A stretch of 64,000 bases of DNA from Kudoa neothunni (lineage: Eukaryota; Animalia; Cnidaria): contig OZ199840.1 in NCBI GenBank assembly GCA_964304625.1, positions 3,882,490-3,946,489 on the forward strand, written 5' to 3'. The notes beneath the pieces are model-generated. The model was not told the DNA's origin. It saw only the letters and a program-made list of their open reading frames with translations, and ran no database searches. Below, in pieces: positions 14,109 to 28,100 of this stretch; the first letter of the stretch is position 1, and each line of letters begins with the position of its first letter. Position numbers and translations under genes: made by a program.

Positions 14109-14645
14109 GAAAATTTTAAAAATATTATTCGATAATTTGGTATTTAGTATAATTTAAAAATAATACTTCCGTTCATCTTATTAGAAGAAGAAACACATGT
14201 ACAAAATTTAATTAATCCTTCTAGTCCTAAGTCTCGAATGTGTAACCTCCGTACCACAAAATTGCTGTTAATGCCTAATTCAAAGCAAAAGAAACTTCGT
14301 TAGTCGAAATTTCTTATATTTTCCTTAATTAAACACTATTTTATTCTCATCATAAATAATAATTTTAATTTTTTTTAAATAAAGGTTTAACACCCTTAAA
14401 GTCATGTAATATCGTTATTTCTCAAATATCAAACTATTGTAAAAATTCATTCGATATATTTTTCTACTCATATTAATTGAAAAAATTAAATCACTTTTGA
14501 AACAAATATTTTTCACTACAGTAAGCCTGGTTTGATTTAAACAAAAGTAAATCTAACGTGTTATGAGTTCTGTTGATCAGTTGGATTATATGGGGTGTTT
14601 GGAGCATTTAATGTCGTTAATGATTTATATAATTGTACAGTAGAT

Positions 14646-15203
14646 CGGGGGTCGGGAACCTTTGATTCTTTGGATGGCTGCGCCTGGCTCGCAGGCAAAT
14701 TTTCAATTAAAAAAAGTGCGTCGTCAAACTTCTTGCGAATATGCGAAACGGTCACTACTGAAAATCGGTTACCTACTGTATCACACACTGCAGCGCACAA
14801 GTATCGCTGTAACAACAATGTTTGGCTCTACGTATGCATGTGAGCAGCCTTTCTGCATCTAAAAGACATTGCAATCAAACTACAGCCACGTTTCACGGAT
14901 TGGAGTTTTAACATTCGCCTGAAGCTTAATCTTACCGTGTGTCAACCACATTACGAAACCATCTGCAAAACCATGCCCAACCAGAAATCACTTTGATGAT
15001 AAGAAATATTCTTCCTAGATTAGCAATAGCGTAACAATGTTATTAAAAATAATTTATTGACTCGCGTTACTTTTAAGTGGTGGAATTGTATAAAACGTGC
15101 ACATGTATTTCTATTTTTAATTTTAAAACATGTTGTATGGCTCTCATGGAATGAGTTATTAAAATATTTGTGGCTCTCCTACCGAAAAAGTTCTTGGCCC
15201 ATG
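14646..15203 (+). mobile_element. Internally deleted hAT (Buster/GTF2IRD2-like) transposon
   Basis: C-terminal transposase remnant MFGSTYACEQ. Termini CGGGGGTCGGGAACC and rc CATGGGCCAAGAAC. Degenerate 8-bp NNNTANNN TSD cagtagat/cagtaggc. TGGCTC subterminal repeats. Confidence 0.8.
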
Positions 15204-17187
15204 CAGTAGGCTCTCGATATTGCATTATTCGTTACGTTTTAGCATATTTTTCCTTAATTTAGTCTTGATAAGGGACGCAATAATAGTAAATGTAGTAAAA
15301 ACCTATTTTTGATTATTTCATTTCACATAGCATGTAAAAAATAAGAAAAATTGATGTTTTTGCTATTGCGTAATTTAAATTGTTGATTTTAATCCTTTTA
15401 ATTGTCAAAATGTTTCGATATAAATATTAAAAATGACTATTTTTCCAAGAAGTATTGAAGATAAATTCAAATATTATAGCGCCATGAGTAGTTGTTACAC
15501 GGGCAAGGTTTGAATCCTCAAGTCACAACTTAAAGGTGGGGATGCCGTACCGTTCTGTAGCCGATCACGCATATGTTAACTTTTGTTACAATTCTTACAG
15601 CCGGTTATTACACCAGGTAGTCAAAACAGGGAAACCCTCAAAATACGATAATATTTTTAAATAATTATTCCTATTATTAGTGCATGTGAATGTTTCGGTA
15701 TTACGTGATTTCTTGTAACTGCATAACTTGTTGGGATCAAGCAAAAGTTACGTAATATCCAAAGTTTCGTGTAGTTCTTGTTATATATTTTCATAATTTA
15801 CATATTATTATCGCACAACCTTTTAATGATGTTTTTAATTTTTAATATATCACCCATTATCCTGCAGTAAAATTTAAATTGTCATAAAATAATGTAAAAT
15901 TTAGAAATAAGGAACAAATTTCCAGTTTATAAATTTTTTATGCACTTATTTTTTACACTTATATATAATTAACACGCAATTTCTTTCATAACTGCTTTTT
16001 TGTTTTTATAATTAAGTTTTATTTTATATTTTTATTTGTAACTATTTGGATAGATTACAAACAAAATCGATGTAATTAATATGGCGGATTTTTAATATAT
16101 TAATTAATATACGTTAAGTTCAAAATAAAAACTTTAATTTGCATTATATGTAAAGAAAAATGACATTATTTTAAATTTCGTACATGTTATTGATAACAAT
16201 ACAAAAAAACTGACTTGCATAAATGTATTATTTTTTATATCTGTTCCATAAATATTGAAATTATTTTCAAGAAAATTTATTGTGCATACATCAAAAAATA
16301 ATGCGTTATTGGAAATCACGTTAAATTATTAAATGAAAAGCGTTACACGCTGAATTTTGTTTGACTCCAGAGTGCATATTTCAATAATAAGTTCATATTA
16401 TTAAAACAAATTCCATCTAGAGAAATATATACTTCGCATATATTTGTGTTACCTTGTTAGATTTTTATGGGATTAATATTTTATAAAATTTGTTTTCAAT
16501 CGTTCTATTGTAATTTTAGTATTTTAAAGTTTGTCTATAAAAAATATTATCTTTATTATTTTTCTTTTTAATGTATTAAGAGTAAGGCTCATTTCTAAGT
16601 TAATTAAATAATCCATTCATTAATTTTTCCTAATTAAACGCTCCTCGTAAGATATTTGTTACGTTTTTTAAGTGCGCTCACCCAAATACAGAATAACACA
16701 CGCGGCCCGACTAGATCCAATAAACTAATAATAATAAGGAGTTTTTAGCGTGGCGTATAGGTCACCAATAATACGCAGTTATGGATAATCCTTAACAATA
16801 TTACTGCGTTAGATTAAAAGAAAAATATGAACATTGGCCAAACTAAGAAAAATAACGATGTATTTCATTAGGTTTTTACGTTTTACATATCGGAAAATCG
16901 ATAATTTAAAAAGTTTCTCCTAAATTATTTCCAATTGTGATCCAACTTCGCACCTCCATTTGGGAAGCGCTGGCTTAACATTTACTTGGTATTAATTATC
17001 AGTATTAACAACTTTTGGCGATTACCCACCCAGTACCAGCTATTTCATAGTATAGAGCACAGCATTAACTGACACAAACTACAGCACTCTCAAAAAATTC
17101 TTCGTTTATACATCTCATACGCACGATAGGTGGTATCATAGAAAAAATTCACATCATAATATGAACACACTTAAATACATTAAGCAA

Positions 17188-18373
17188 TCAACTATTAAAA
17201 TAGGGATTTCTCCTTTTGAGAATGTGGCGCACGTCTGAGGTGAAACGTAAAGCATCTAGAAATGGAATGATATCAAGCAAAGCAGTATCGCAGCAATCTT
17301 CGGAGAGCCAGGTAGAAATGGGTATTGCATTATCTGTATCAAACAAATTAACTTACCACTCAAAATTAACCAACAAATGAACAACCTTTAAAATTTTCAT
17401 AGCAAACTGGGCTATTATCAATAATAGCCACATTTGATAGGTCGTTGGAGCAAAGATAGAGATTTTTGTGGAATCCCCGATGGCTCATATCACAATGCTA
17501 ATAAAAGCCAATTAGCATGCACACATCAACCACTTTTAATAATACTTTTCTAAAAAATCTTTTCTTAAAATAGGTTTTCTTATTTTCCAAGAAATCAATC
17601 ACACAATTTCCATAAGTCTTTAGAGATGAGATAAAAATTAATTGGATTAAAAATGGAAAATCTACCTCTTTACTGGCCGAATACACTATAAGATCGTACC
17701 ATTGAGAGACCTACAAATAGAAATCACCTCAAGAAATCCACGAAAGATTACAATTTCGAGAAACAAGTCAACAAACGGTCTTTTATAGACAATAAATTTT
17801 ATCAAATGTCTGTCCACAGAGATCTATAATTTGAGCTCAAAATTAGCTCCTAAAACAACCACTAAAACACACCCATGAAGAATAATCAGGTTCTCGTGAC
17901 GACAAAGATATAGGATACAGCAGGCTAGATTATAATATTTCAATCTGAACACCGAATCACCTATCAAAATATACTTTTCGTATTTGGAATTAACAAGAGT
18001 TTCATCGAGATCAATAACCAAAATTTTTTTCGTATGGTTTTCTACCGCATTCATAATTATTTTCGAATTTACAAGATCGTCATTACGCTTTTTGGATAGA
18101 TCTGAATCGGATACATTAGTGGGCGCTGTTTGTGAGATTATATTAGTGGTTATTGGTGCTTCGTAGTAGACCGACCTATTGGTCGAATCTAGGTAAATAT
18201 CCTGAGCGATCTAGCGGAAAAATAAAACTACAATTTAAACAATTTGTTTTTACGTTAAACTGCCCAAAAATACACAACGCTTGACACACACTTTTCAAAA
18301 TGTGGTACACGATACGTTGAAGCCAAGGAATGAATGGCGAGTGGAAACGTTGCAGCACATATTCCAGCAGCAT
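17188..18373 (-). CDS. CTDNEP1: CTD nuclear envelope phosphatase 1 (Dullard), multi-exon
   Basis: Hydrophobic N-terminus, [75 protein letters not shown]. Confidence 0.92.
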
Positions 18374-18910
18374 TCTCTCTAAACATACGTGTTTCAACGG
18401 ATGAAACACTAATGTTGTTTGTGCAACTGATCGGGAGAACAACTTGTGCAATCTACCCTTAAAGATCGTTTTCCAATAGTTGTACTATATGGGCAGTCTG
18501 CGCAGCTTTTTAAGAGATTTAGTAAGCAGTAAGCTGATACATAGTGTAATATACGTTCTAGAATGTATTTTATCAAGAAAACTTTTATTAACTCTCAACG
18601 ACTTTTTCGCTTATATCAGCGACAATAAGGATTATATTATCTCCCTTTTTAATCCAAAACTGCGATAATTAATTGAATCCTTTTTTACATCACATCATTT
18701 ATAGTATTTAAATTTTTAAAGAGTTTATATTCCACCATTGGATGATCATTACTAAAATCGATGTAAGATGCGCACGTCCAAATTCCAAAAAATCCCATAT
18801 TCAAAATAACATCTCAGACATACAAATTATATAATTGCAATTATCGAATTAACATTAAATATTTGTCGGTAGAAAGACCAAAATTCCAAAAAGTAGTCGG
18901 AGATAAACAT

Positions 18911-20126
18911 TCAAGCTTTGTGTGCTTTTGTTGAAGGGGTTATAGGCTCCCAAAATTCATTCACTAAAATTTTTTCGTATAAAAAGTTTGGAGGCTTTGG
19001 CAACGTTGCGATTGCTTTCATCCAGGCCGATCTCATATCAAGCTAAACAATTAGGTTAGAATTTAGTGCGATAATCAGTGTTGCTCTAATGCAACCGACC
19101 GACCGACCACCACCTTAGGAAGAGTGTACAGATAGGAGATTTGTTTGGAGATATCGATAAGCTCGGCTTGATCAACTCCAAAAATTGTCCACCAACCAGG
19201 ATCGTCCACAGGCAACAACACATTCAACGATCTTGCAGCCAAATAAATACAAGCACATGCGATGAATTCGGGTTGATGAAATAGAAACACAGGCATTCTC
19301 AATGAATCATTCATATAGCTCCATGCTTTTTGTATGAGATCGAGGTTACTTTCACAACCGATTATTTTCGAGATTGACACTATCCACTAGAGATAATATA
19401 CAATAGATAATGTTGATGTAAAGTGAATTTTATTCAGGAGCTGACTGGCAACACTGAAAAACTACTTTATGTGAATGTTGCACATGAACCAAAAAACCCA
19501 ACTCTTTCAAAAGTCGACGTTCCGCGTCAATCACATATCCTTTGATCTTGATGTAATCCCAGCCGAAATATTCAAAAATTCGGGATTCCCTTAGTGAAAA
19601 TTTATGTTCACTTCGAACCGACATAGAAAAAGCAATAACTTTATGGGTCCACTCATATCCTCAATGTATTTGAATACATTGACCACATCACGAACCCGAC
19701 GAACCGACTCTTCACATTTTCCAGCCAATATCACAGATGCTATTGCAAATACCTATTAGCATTAAAGCTCGCGTATAGCATCCAGATCACAAATTATGTC
19801 GAAACCTCAATGTTATAGAAAATGATTGATTTTTTCAAATAGAATCGTTGAAATAATATTTGAGCGGTTGCGATCGCCGGCTACAACAAAAGTTTAATCA
19901 TTTGATGTGGCCACCACTAAAAAGCCAATTCAACTACTTGTGGTAGCTCTAATAGACGCCCTGCGTGCTGTATTCGCTCACAACTCACTATCCTTAACAT
20001 GATCTCATCTTCCAGTGAACAGCCATCCTTGCGTGATGGCGAATCCACCAAAAATTCGCGAGGAAAAATCACATTATTTTTAGATAATATAACCTCTAAA
20101 ATTGGTTTGGTTTGGCTGGTTGCCAT
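18911..20126 (-). CDS. CCNL1: Cyclin L, multi-exon, without RS domain
   Basis: SPSRKDG..EIMLRIVSCERIQHAGRLLELPQ, ATAQILFQRFY, LAGKCEES.RRVRDVVNVF, AERRLLKELGFLVHVQHSHK, AWSYMNDSLR, PEFIACACIYLAARSL. CCNL1 vs CCNL2 cannot be distinguished. Confidence 0.92.
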
Positions 20127-20363
20127 CAACTAGTTTTTTTGCGTTGGTCACGTGCCACAGTTGCTGCAGTTTCCTCTTTGTGCATTACCGAGACCGCACC
20201 GGCCAATATGAGACCTTATACATGATATACTTTTAAATTAATCTCGTGGGATTTGACTGAATTTTAACACGTAATTTGAGTTTTGAATACACTCGGCTAC
20301 TCACATTCGATTATTAATACACTTATAGTATTATTGTTGTGATTAACGACCCCGATTCTAAAT
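20127..20363. promoter_or_regulatory. Probable bidirectional promoter between cyclin L and the TLDc gene
   Basis: 237 nt between divergent ATGs. Contains a GTCACGTG E-box (~20147) and GGCCAAT (20201). Confidence 0.5.
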
Positions 20364-23300
20364 ATGGGTCTTTCACAAAGTACCGCTGCACTCAATAGAG
20401 ATAAAACACAACCAATAGATGAAACTAATATTGTTGTTGATTATTTGAATAAATATTTTCCTGGTACCAATTTGAAACAGCTTATTCAATCGCCTCATCC
20501 ATATGATAATTTTCTTGTGGCTAAGTTTGGTGTAATTAATTATTTATATTCGTGACAAATTTTAAAGAATTTATTTACCATTCTTTAAGGTGTTTTCTAA
20601 TGAAAATAGTGGAAATGAATTCAAGGTATATCATGATTTAAAGGGGACTCTAGCTGATCACACATTTAGTCCTTTTTGATAGACAATTGTGGAGACATTC
20701 CGGCAGATTTTATCGGCGAGTTGTGCTTGAACAAGGTTACATCGGGGGAGAATAATATGAAAGAATTTTTGTATAATCTAACCTCCATTATTGAAACTGG
20801 TATTTGAACTTTTTTGTTTTTAAGGCTTATTTAACAACTCTTAATATGCACGTATATAATAGTTCATTCCACACCTGCCGGATATCTTCTACTATTAGAT
20901 ATTATTTATGATTTTACTTACTCGAAAGAATGCATAGAGAATACCGATTCAATCCCAACACGATTTAAATTTATAATAGAAAATTCATTCAAAATGGTGT
21001 CCAATCAAGTGGATACATGGCCCAAACGTATCTTGACAAATGATAAATTCATAAATTCATTTATTAACTACGTAGTTGAATAAAATTTGATGCTTAATAA
21101 AAATATGGTTTTTAGCTTGCAGTAGATCAGAAACAACCGCCGGTGCTGAAAATAGTAGAAACGAGCTTGCCACGCTTAGCAAGATTATCGAGTGAATCTT
21201 TCTCTAATGTGTTCTGCGGATATTCCTTTCATCAATTAAGATTTGTAATATTTTTCATACATTTCTGAGTGTTAATGTAGTTAAAGATACCAAATATTGA
21301 TCTATCCAAGTCCAAACTACTGTCTAAAAGTATGTTTGCTCTGCTTTGTTGTATTCTATCTGATTGTTATCTCAAATCAAATGAGACAAATCAGTCAAAT
21401 GACGACTTATCTGAGCCTATAACTAATTCCTGGAGCTTACTTTACAGCTCTAGAATCAATGGAAAAAGTATTAATAGGTGATTCAACTTTCCGTATGTAG
21501 CTGATTGATAATAGTATTTTCTCATTTACTTTTCTGCTCGATTATGAGTTTGTAGATTATAGAAATATTAACGCGAGTCGAGAACACCATTTAGTTGCTA
21601 AAATTATACTTATATAGACTCAAAGATTGCTGCTTTGATTACTTTGCTCCTACTATTTTGTTGGTTGGTTTGGATGATGGCTCCCAATTTTGTGTAGGAA
21701 TTGATTGTTCTTGGAGGTATTCTTTAGACTTACTTTGTCTGATGTCAAAGAATCTGATTATGTTACGTGTAGAAATGAACCAAAAAATTGGGGTGGTCAT
21801 ATGTGCTTTTTTGCTCAACTTCTACCAATGTATGAAGAAATATACAGTTATATATATATATATATATATTGTGTAAGAGAGGAAATGTTTATTTGTTTTT
21901 TCTAGGTGGTGAAAATATGATTTATTTCAATATCAAATCCAGATCGTTGCCAACAGGTATTCTCATTGGAGGTCCCAATTATACGAAACCGTTATTTTCC
22001 ATTGATGTCGATTTATCCACATCTAAGTTGGAGTATAAAACTTACAAATTCAGTAAAATTACTGGAATTGAGGTATTTATTTAAGTTAAAATTATTCTCG
22101 AGGGACATCCAATAGGTTATATAGTGTTATTGTTAGAATAGGATAATTTTTTATTTTAAAACTTCATTGATGCGGTTGAAGATATTTTAATTTGTTATAA
22201 GTTACTATTATTTAATGTATATTTTTTCCGTCAAATAAGCTCTTTGTAAATAATGTATACACTAAATAAATTATGTTATTTTCTAAGCTCTATTTTTAGT
22301 TTTTATTAGTATTGGGGAACATTATTTTTTTACTAAGAATTAGAGAGGTATTATTCTTCTGATGATAATATCGAGTCGACATAATTTCAATAGGAGGAAA
22401 TTTTTTTGATATTAACGTTCTCATACATTAAACTAAAGCTAATTCGCTATTTTTAAGTTTAAGTTTTTTTCACATTATCAAGATGTTTGAATTTTTTTGA
22501 ATCTAAACTAAAACAGCTTACTTCCGTCGAGTCTTCTTTTTGTGTACTTATTACAATATATGAAGGTTTTTTATTAAATGAACGAAAAAGTAACAACTAA
22601 TACGAAAAAATTTCCAATATATTAATACAAAAGAATTCACACATCTAGCTTTATTTTTAAGAAAATTTTGAAAATATTTCGTATTAAATGACCATATTGC
22701 TGACTAAATACTGATTTAATATTCCTATATAATATCAGGAACAAAGTTAATAAATTGTCATTTTATATACTCAACTTAAAGTCATGTTAAATCGCATGCG
22801 TTTTAAAAGTAGTAAAATTGAAATATAATAATTTTTCATTTATAGTTTATTATTTTATAAAAGTTAATAAATAAAATTTTATAATGGTAACACGGGATTT
22901 TTCATTATTTTTTAAATATTAATGGTTATTATGTGTTTAAAAACACACAATTAAATGCAGGTGTTAAATTTACAATTTTCTATACATTCCTTTCAATATA
23001 CCCTTTAAAATAATATATTTTAATAAATAAATTAGTTTAAAATGAATAATAATGAATTAAAACCAACAAAATACGTTTCATAATAACGTGAACGCTGCCA
23101 AGATGATAACTTGTACAACTGATTAATTATTATTATTTTTTTACAAAATATTTTTATTTAATTTAAATAATTTAAAAAAAAAATTATTTTTGTTGCAATT
23201 AAATATGAGTTTAAAAAAATCAAAAACCGAGATTTTATTGTTATGTGAACACATGTTTTTATGCATAATATTACTAATCACAGAATTTTACATTAAAGTG

Positions 23301-23638
23301 TATTTTAAAGACACGAATTATTATACTACGTTTTAATCTAAATTTGGAGCGTGCACGTAGTTTTAAATTTGTTTATAACTTTTGAACATTAATTTTAGAT
23401 TTTCGGGTGCAATAGCGACGTAGCATTATCAAAGAAACAAAATTTTACCAAAGTTAAACAAAAAGATATTGAGAAATCTCAAAAAGTAAAAAAATTCTAA
23501 TTTTCGGAATACATCGTTAACTGGTCTTAGATTAACACCAAAGAACTATGGAAGGATAATGTTGATCGTCAATTACTCGAATTGGGTGGTTTGAATGTCT
23601 CACATAGTGATCACCTATTTGAGAGAAAACAGAATTAA
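20364..23638 (+). CDS. N-myristoylated TLDc-domain protein (MEAK7/Rtc5-related family)
   Basis: MGLSQS myristoylation motif. TLDc motifs WSLLYSSRINGKSINR, APTILLV, WGGHMCFFAQLLP, MIYFN, GIE|IFGC across a 1.3-kb intron (~22073-23398). C-terminus WKDNVDRQLLELGG. Confidence 0.85.
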
Positions 23639-23775
23639 AATTTGTAGATTGTTTGATTTTTTTAGATTAAACAGAATTGTTTTTTAAATTACGTTGTTTG
23701 TCCGAAATCGAACGAATTAATTTTGCTAAGCTTGGCCTTGTTGTTTTAATCTTTTTTCACCTTTGCATTTGGCTG

Positions 23776-24777
23776 ATGACAGCCATTATCAACGGGAAAA
23801 ATCTAGCATTATGCATAGCCAATACCATTCTGCTGGATCTAAGATCAAAGGTTGTTTCTGCGGGTAAAACCTTAAATCGCAGCCCTCATTTGGTTATATA
23901 TCATCTTAATGAATTGAAATCCAGTGAGGTTTATGTGAAGCAAAAGTTGAAATTCGCATCCAAGTGGAATGTAGATGTTAGTGTAAAAACAATTAGAGAT
24001 TTTAATAAAGAAAGTGACATCTTTGACAGTATACAGGCATCCAACGGCAACTCCGATGTTTCTTCGATCATTGTTCAGCTGCCTTTAGCTCCCCATCTCA
24101 ATTTTTCGACCAGTAGTATACTTGATTACATCAATCCTAACAAGGATATCGATGCATTGGGAAGTTGCAATAAAAAACAACTGTCAAATGGTTGTCTAGA
24201 TTCGGTGTTTGTTCCTCCAACTGTTTATGGGGTCTTATCACTGATCGGTATACATCATGGCTTTACTGGAAACAAAATTGGAGTGGTTGGACAAGGACCC
24301 ACTTTGGGAGGGTAGTTGTTCAATTTGTGTCCATATTGATCGATTCTCTTTCATAGCCCATGCTCAACTATTTTACAGAGACTAAACAACGAAGTCATTA
24401 GAATGGACGAACGAACTTCTAACATAGACCAACTTTGCTCCACCTGTGATATCGTTATTGCTGCAAGTGGTAAACCAAATCATATCAACTCGAATTTTAT
24501 CAAGAATAAATGTGGTATTGTTGATGGTGGAGCATTTGACGAAAAAGAAAATTTGGTCAAACCGTCAGTTTGTACAGACCAGCTTACTTTGCGTAAAGCG
24601 TCATGGCTTTCTCCTTCACCTGGAGGGCTTGGGCCGCTCACGGTGACGTGGTTATTTTACAATGTTTATATTTCGTTTCTTCGACAGCAAGGTTTATCAA
24701 CACCAACCTTCGATCATACAATAAAAGATTTAGTTTCTATTTATCGAAACATCAAAAAAGATGTTATAGTTACCTAA
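23776..24777 (+). CDS. Stand-alone methylene-THF dehydrogenase/cyclohydrolase (FolD/MTHFD DC domain), 318 aa, 2 exons
   Basis: MTAIINGK, YVKQK, IIVQLPL, INPNKDID, DIVIAASGKP, SPSPGGLGPLTV..L..N. One 45-nt intron at 24312-24356 restores the frame. Confidence 0.9.
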
Positions 24778-25173
24778 ATATAGATTTTTTAAACTATAGC
24801 TGCTGCGACTCTTTTTACATTGATATTGTTGATTTTTTTTTCAATAAAATCAAAATCTAGCTGTTAACCGTGCCTAGCCTTGAAAGCAAACTTGGCCTAA
24901 TTTAATTGGATACTATTTGTATCTAATTTTTAATTTAAATTCTACGTAAATTAGTTGAGGCTATTTTCCCATTTTTGTGTAATCCATTAATGTATGTTGG
25001 GAGGGTCATATCCATTCAGGGTACAAGTTAGTAAAAATGAGATTATTACAATTTAACTTGAGCCATTTCTATTTAAGACACATTTGAGTGATTGGACGAT
25101 TTCTATGCGTTTTGTAGTAAGAACGCATGTCTTCAAACGATTTAGTTATGATATAGGAAAGATAATTTATAGT

Positions 25174-28100
25174 TTATAAATGAGGGATAAATGGAAAATA
25201 TTTATTATAGACGGGCATTTCAATGTTAGCATGATGAAAATGATTTCTAGGAACAGACAATATTATCCGAGGTTCAAAGTTGCCATTGCGACAAATATTA
25301 TTTCCTAATTTTTTTATTCCGTTTTTAAAAGTGTCATAAACTGTGAAATGAACATTTTTTAACAAATTATTTTTGTTAATCCTTTGCGTTTTACAAATAG
25401 TCACACCTTGGAGAAAATAGATCGAATTCCCTCCAAGTTTGTGATTTTTGTTTAGTTTAATAAACCTAAAAATTTTTTATTTCTATCGATGGGTAAATCA
25501 TCAGAACCAATCAACATTGAATAGACTTTAAGAGAATCATTGTTAGATTATTTCAAATACAAAGGATAAGGTACACTATTCTCATCATTATCTTTAATCC
25601 TAGTGCTATAATAGTTATTTTTCAAAATAATTCATTCCTTCCGGAAATGTATATTTTCACATTTAAAAAAGCGCAGACGAGAAAGGTTAATTAAAGATAG
25701 TCAATTAATAATTATCTAAGTTAATATAAATCAAAAAATTGCAATATTTTATCAAGTTGTGTTAAAATATTAAATAAAAATCCAGAGTCTAAATGAGCCC
25801 CACGTTACTATAGAGGTATTCCAAATATACAAATTTACTTAGTAAGTAAAAAGTATGTTATCCTAGATTATCAATAGACTAATATATATATATATATATA
25901 TATATTAGAATCATAAAAGTTTTAATTTAATCTTAAGTTCATCCAATTTTGTGAAATATGAATTATAATTTCATTAAGAGATAAGAGTAATCCTATTTTA
26001 GAGGAAGGTTAAACTTCCCTTCAATTATAATTCGATCAACAAATATTCATTTAAATTAAAACTTAATTTAATTTTTAATAATTTTTTGACGTTTTTATAA
26101 TATCATATAGATTAATTTTTGTATTTAAGTGTGAAATTTTTGGTCTTACTGGAAAATTCTCAATTATCTTTTTTTCCTGCGCCAAATGCGTGTTGATTTT
26201 ATAATAGTGAAAGTATATGAAAGTTAGAAGGCGCACACATATATAGCTTTAAAACCTCGCGCGATAACCATAGAATAGATATTTTCGAATTACGACACTA
26301 TAATTCCATATACTATATCAAAATCCATTTGATTATTATATAGAATGAGACTAATATCTCAAGCAATAGAGGAAATTTGGATAGTATAATTTGTTATTGC
26401 TAAATCGAACGTCTGTTTCCTTTCTGGATCTTCCCAAAGTGTTTAATCTTGTGTCAATGTAATCACATGGATATTGGTGTGTTAGTAAAGTATTTAAGTC
26501 ATTTTTAGACACAACAGAAGAGTAAACAACAGGATCATCTTGGAATGGCACCTGAAAGGCATTTTGGTGGTTGGTTGGTTCTTTATCCAACTCAATACAC
26601 TCAGAAAGCTCACTTGTGGAAATTAATACGCCTGATTTTTGCGTACTGTCGTCAGAATCCATTCTCGCGCTGCTCACGCTGGATCGGTCCCTAGGAGTGG
26701 AACACAGCGAAAGCCGCTGAAAGTGCTGTGGATCAGATAATCTATCATCAAATAACATTTGAATGGATTCTTCCGAAGATTTATTTGCACCGAAAATAGT
26801 TTTGAGTTCCTCATGAATAGAATTGTCAGGGCAGATCAGTGGTAAAAATATCACAGCAGGTATGTTGTCTGGTATGAGCGATGTAGTATTGTCATCGATG
26901 TAGAATTTGTAACGGTCTGTGTAAAAATTTCCATACACCAATTGGAAACTGTAACAACCTGGATATGGGCACACAATTTTTAGTTCATAGTGGTTATTGT
27001 CAAAAGGCATCCCATACACTACCCCATTGAAATTATTCAGTAGACTGTTGACAACACACACCAGACCACACTCTGTTGGATAGTTGCTCAAAAGTTCATC
27101 CAAAGTACAACTAATTTTATAGGTGCTTTTCGACTTTCCTGGTCTGCTAAATAGGCCATTATTGTCGCTGATTTGGATCTAATAAACACAGTGAACATAG
27201 AGAATTAATAAAGCTGGTTACCTGAAAGCTGATTTTCTCGGTTACATCTACGGTTGTGATTGTGCCTCGATAGTAGCGATCGATGCAATAGTTGTACACA
27301 CCAGGTTGTGAGGAGTAAACAACAAGATTTGTCGAAAAGCTACCATCATAATTTTCCAAAAAGAAAGATTTATCAAAAAATGTTCTATTCGTGATATTCT
27401 CTCCTACTGGTGATGTAACTGTGTAATTGCTGTCCTGCAACAAAATTTTTACAAGCTTATACATAAAAATATTCACTTACAACTGATCTCATGCTAACCA
27501 ACACAGGCGTGACAGCTGGGAATCCACTAATAAATTGAGGTGTTTCACGCACAACCATTGGGATAGGATAAGCAATGAGTGACCTAGATTCTTCAACCAT
27601 ATGTACCTTTATATTCAGAATATGTAGTCCTGGTGATATGCATTTAAAAGATACCTATTTTAAATAGTTTGAAATGTAAGAAAGATTGACGATGATTACT
27701 TTCACTTTAGTAGAGTCCAATATTTCAATGCTGAGTAGTTTCATTATTTTGAGCGATTCCGCGTGAAGTACCACTCCTTCAAATTCACAATTTCTAGATA
27801 GTTTGATTGGCCTTGTTGGCTTTTCTTCATCACAGCATAAAAATTTCAGCTCAGTCGTAAGGTAGTTCAAGGAATTGGATGTCAAAAGATTGACGTGTTG
27901 CGGTACAATTTTGTTTCCAAGATGAATATAGGTGTCTATGTTAGGTACGTAGAATTGATAGGCTTTCTCCTGGAGGTTAGAATCGCCGACTTTGTATCTC
28001 ACAGAGTACATTCCTAATTATTTTATAATTCAATTTGTTAGACGAATGATAAAATTTTATTAATTACAGGTATTTAAAAATCGCACGAATTTTCTCGATA

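Noticed and set aside
22310-22343. Possible short terminal TLDc exon (YWGTLFF)
   Set aside because: The exon at 23399 (IFGC…LLELGG) fits the family much better.
23677-23775. Hydrophobic N-terminal extension of FolD in the ORF track
   Set aside because: Starts at TTG, has no ATG, and is T-rich intergenic sequence. Homology begins at ATG 23776.
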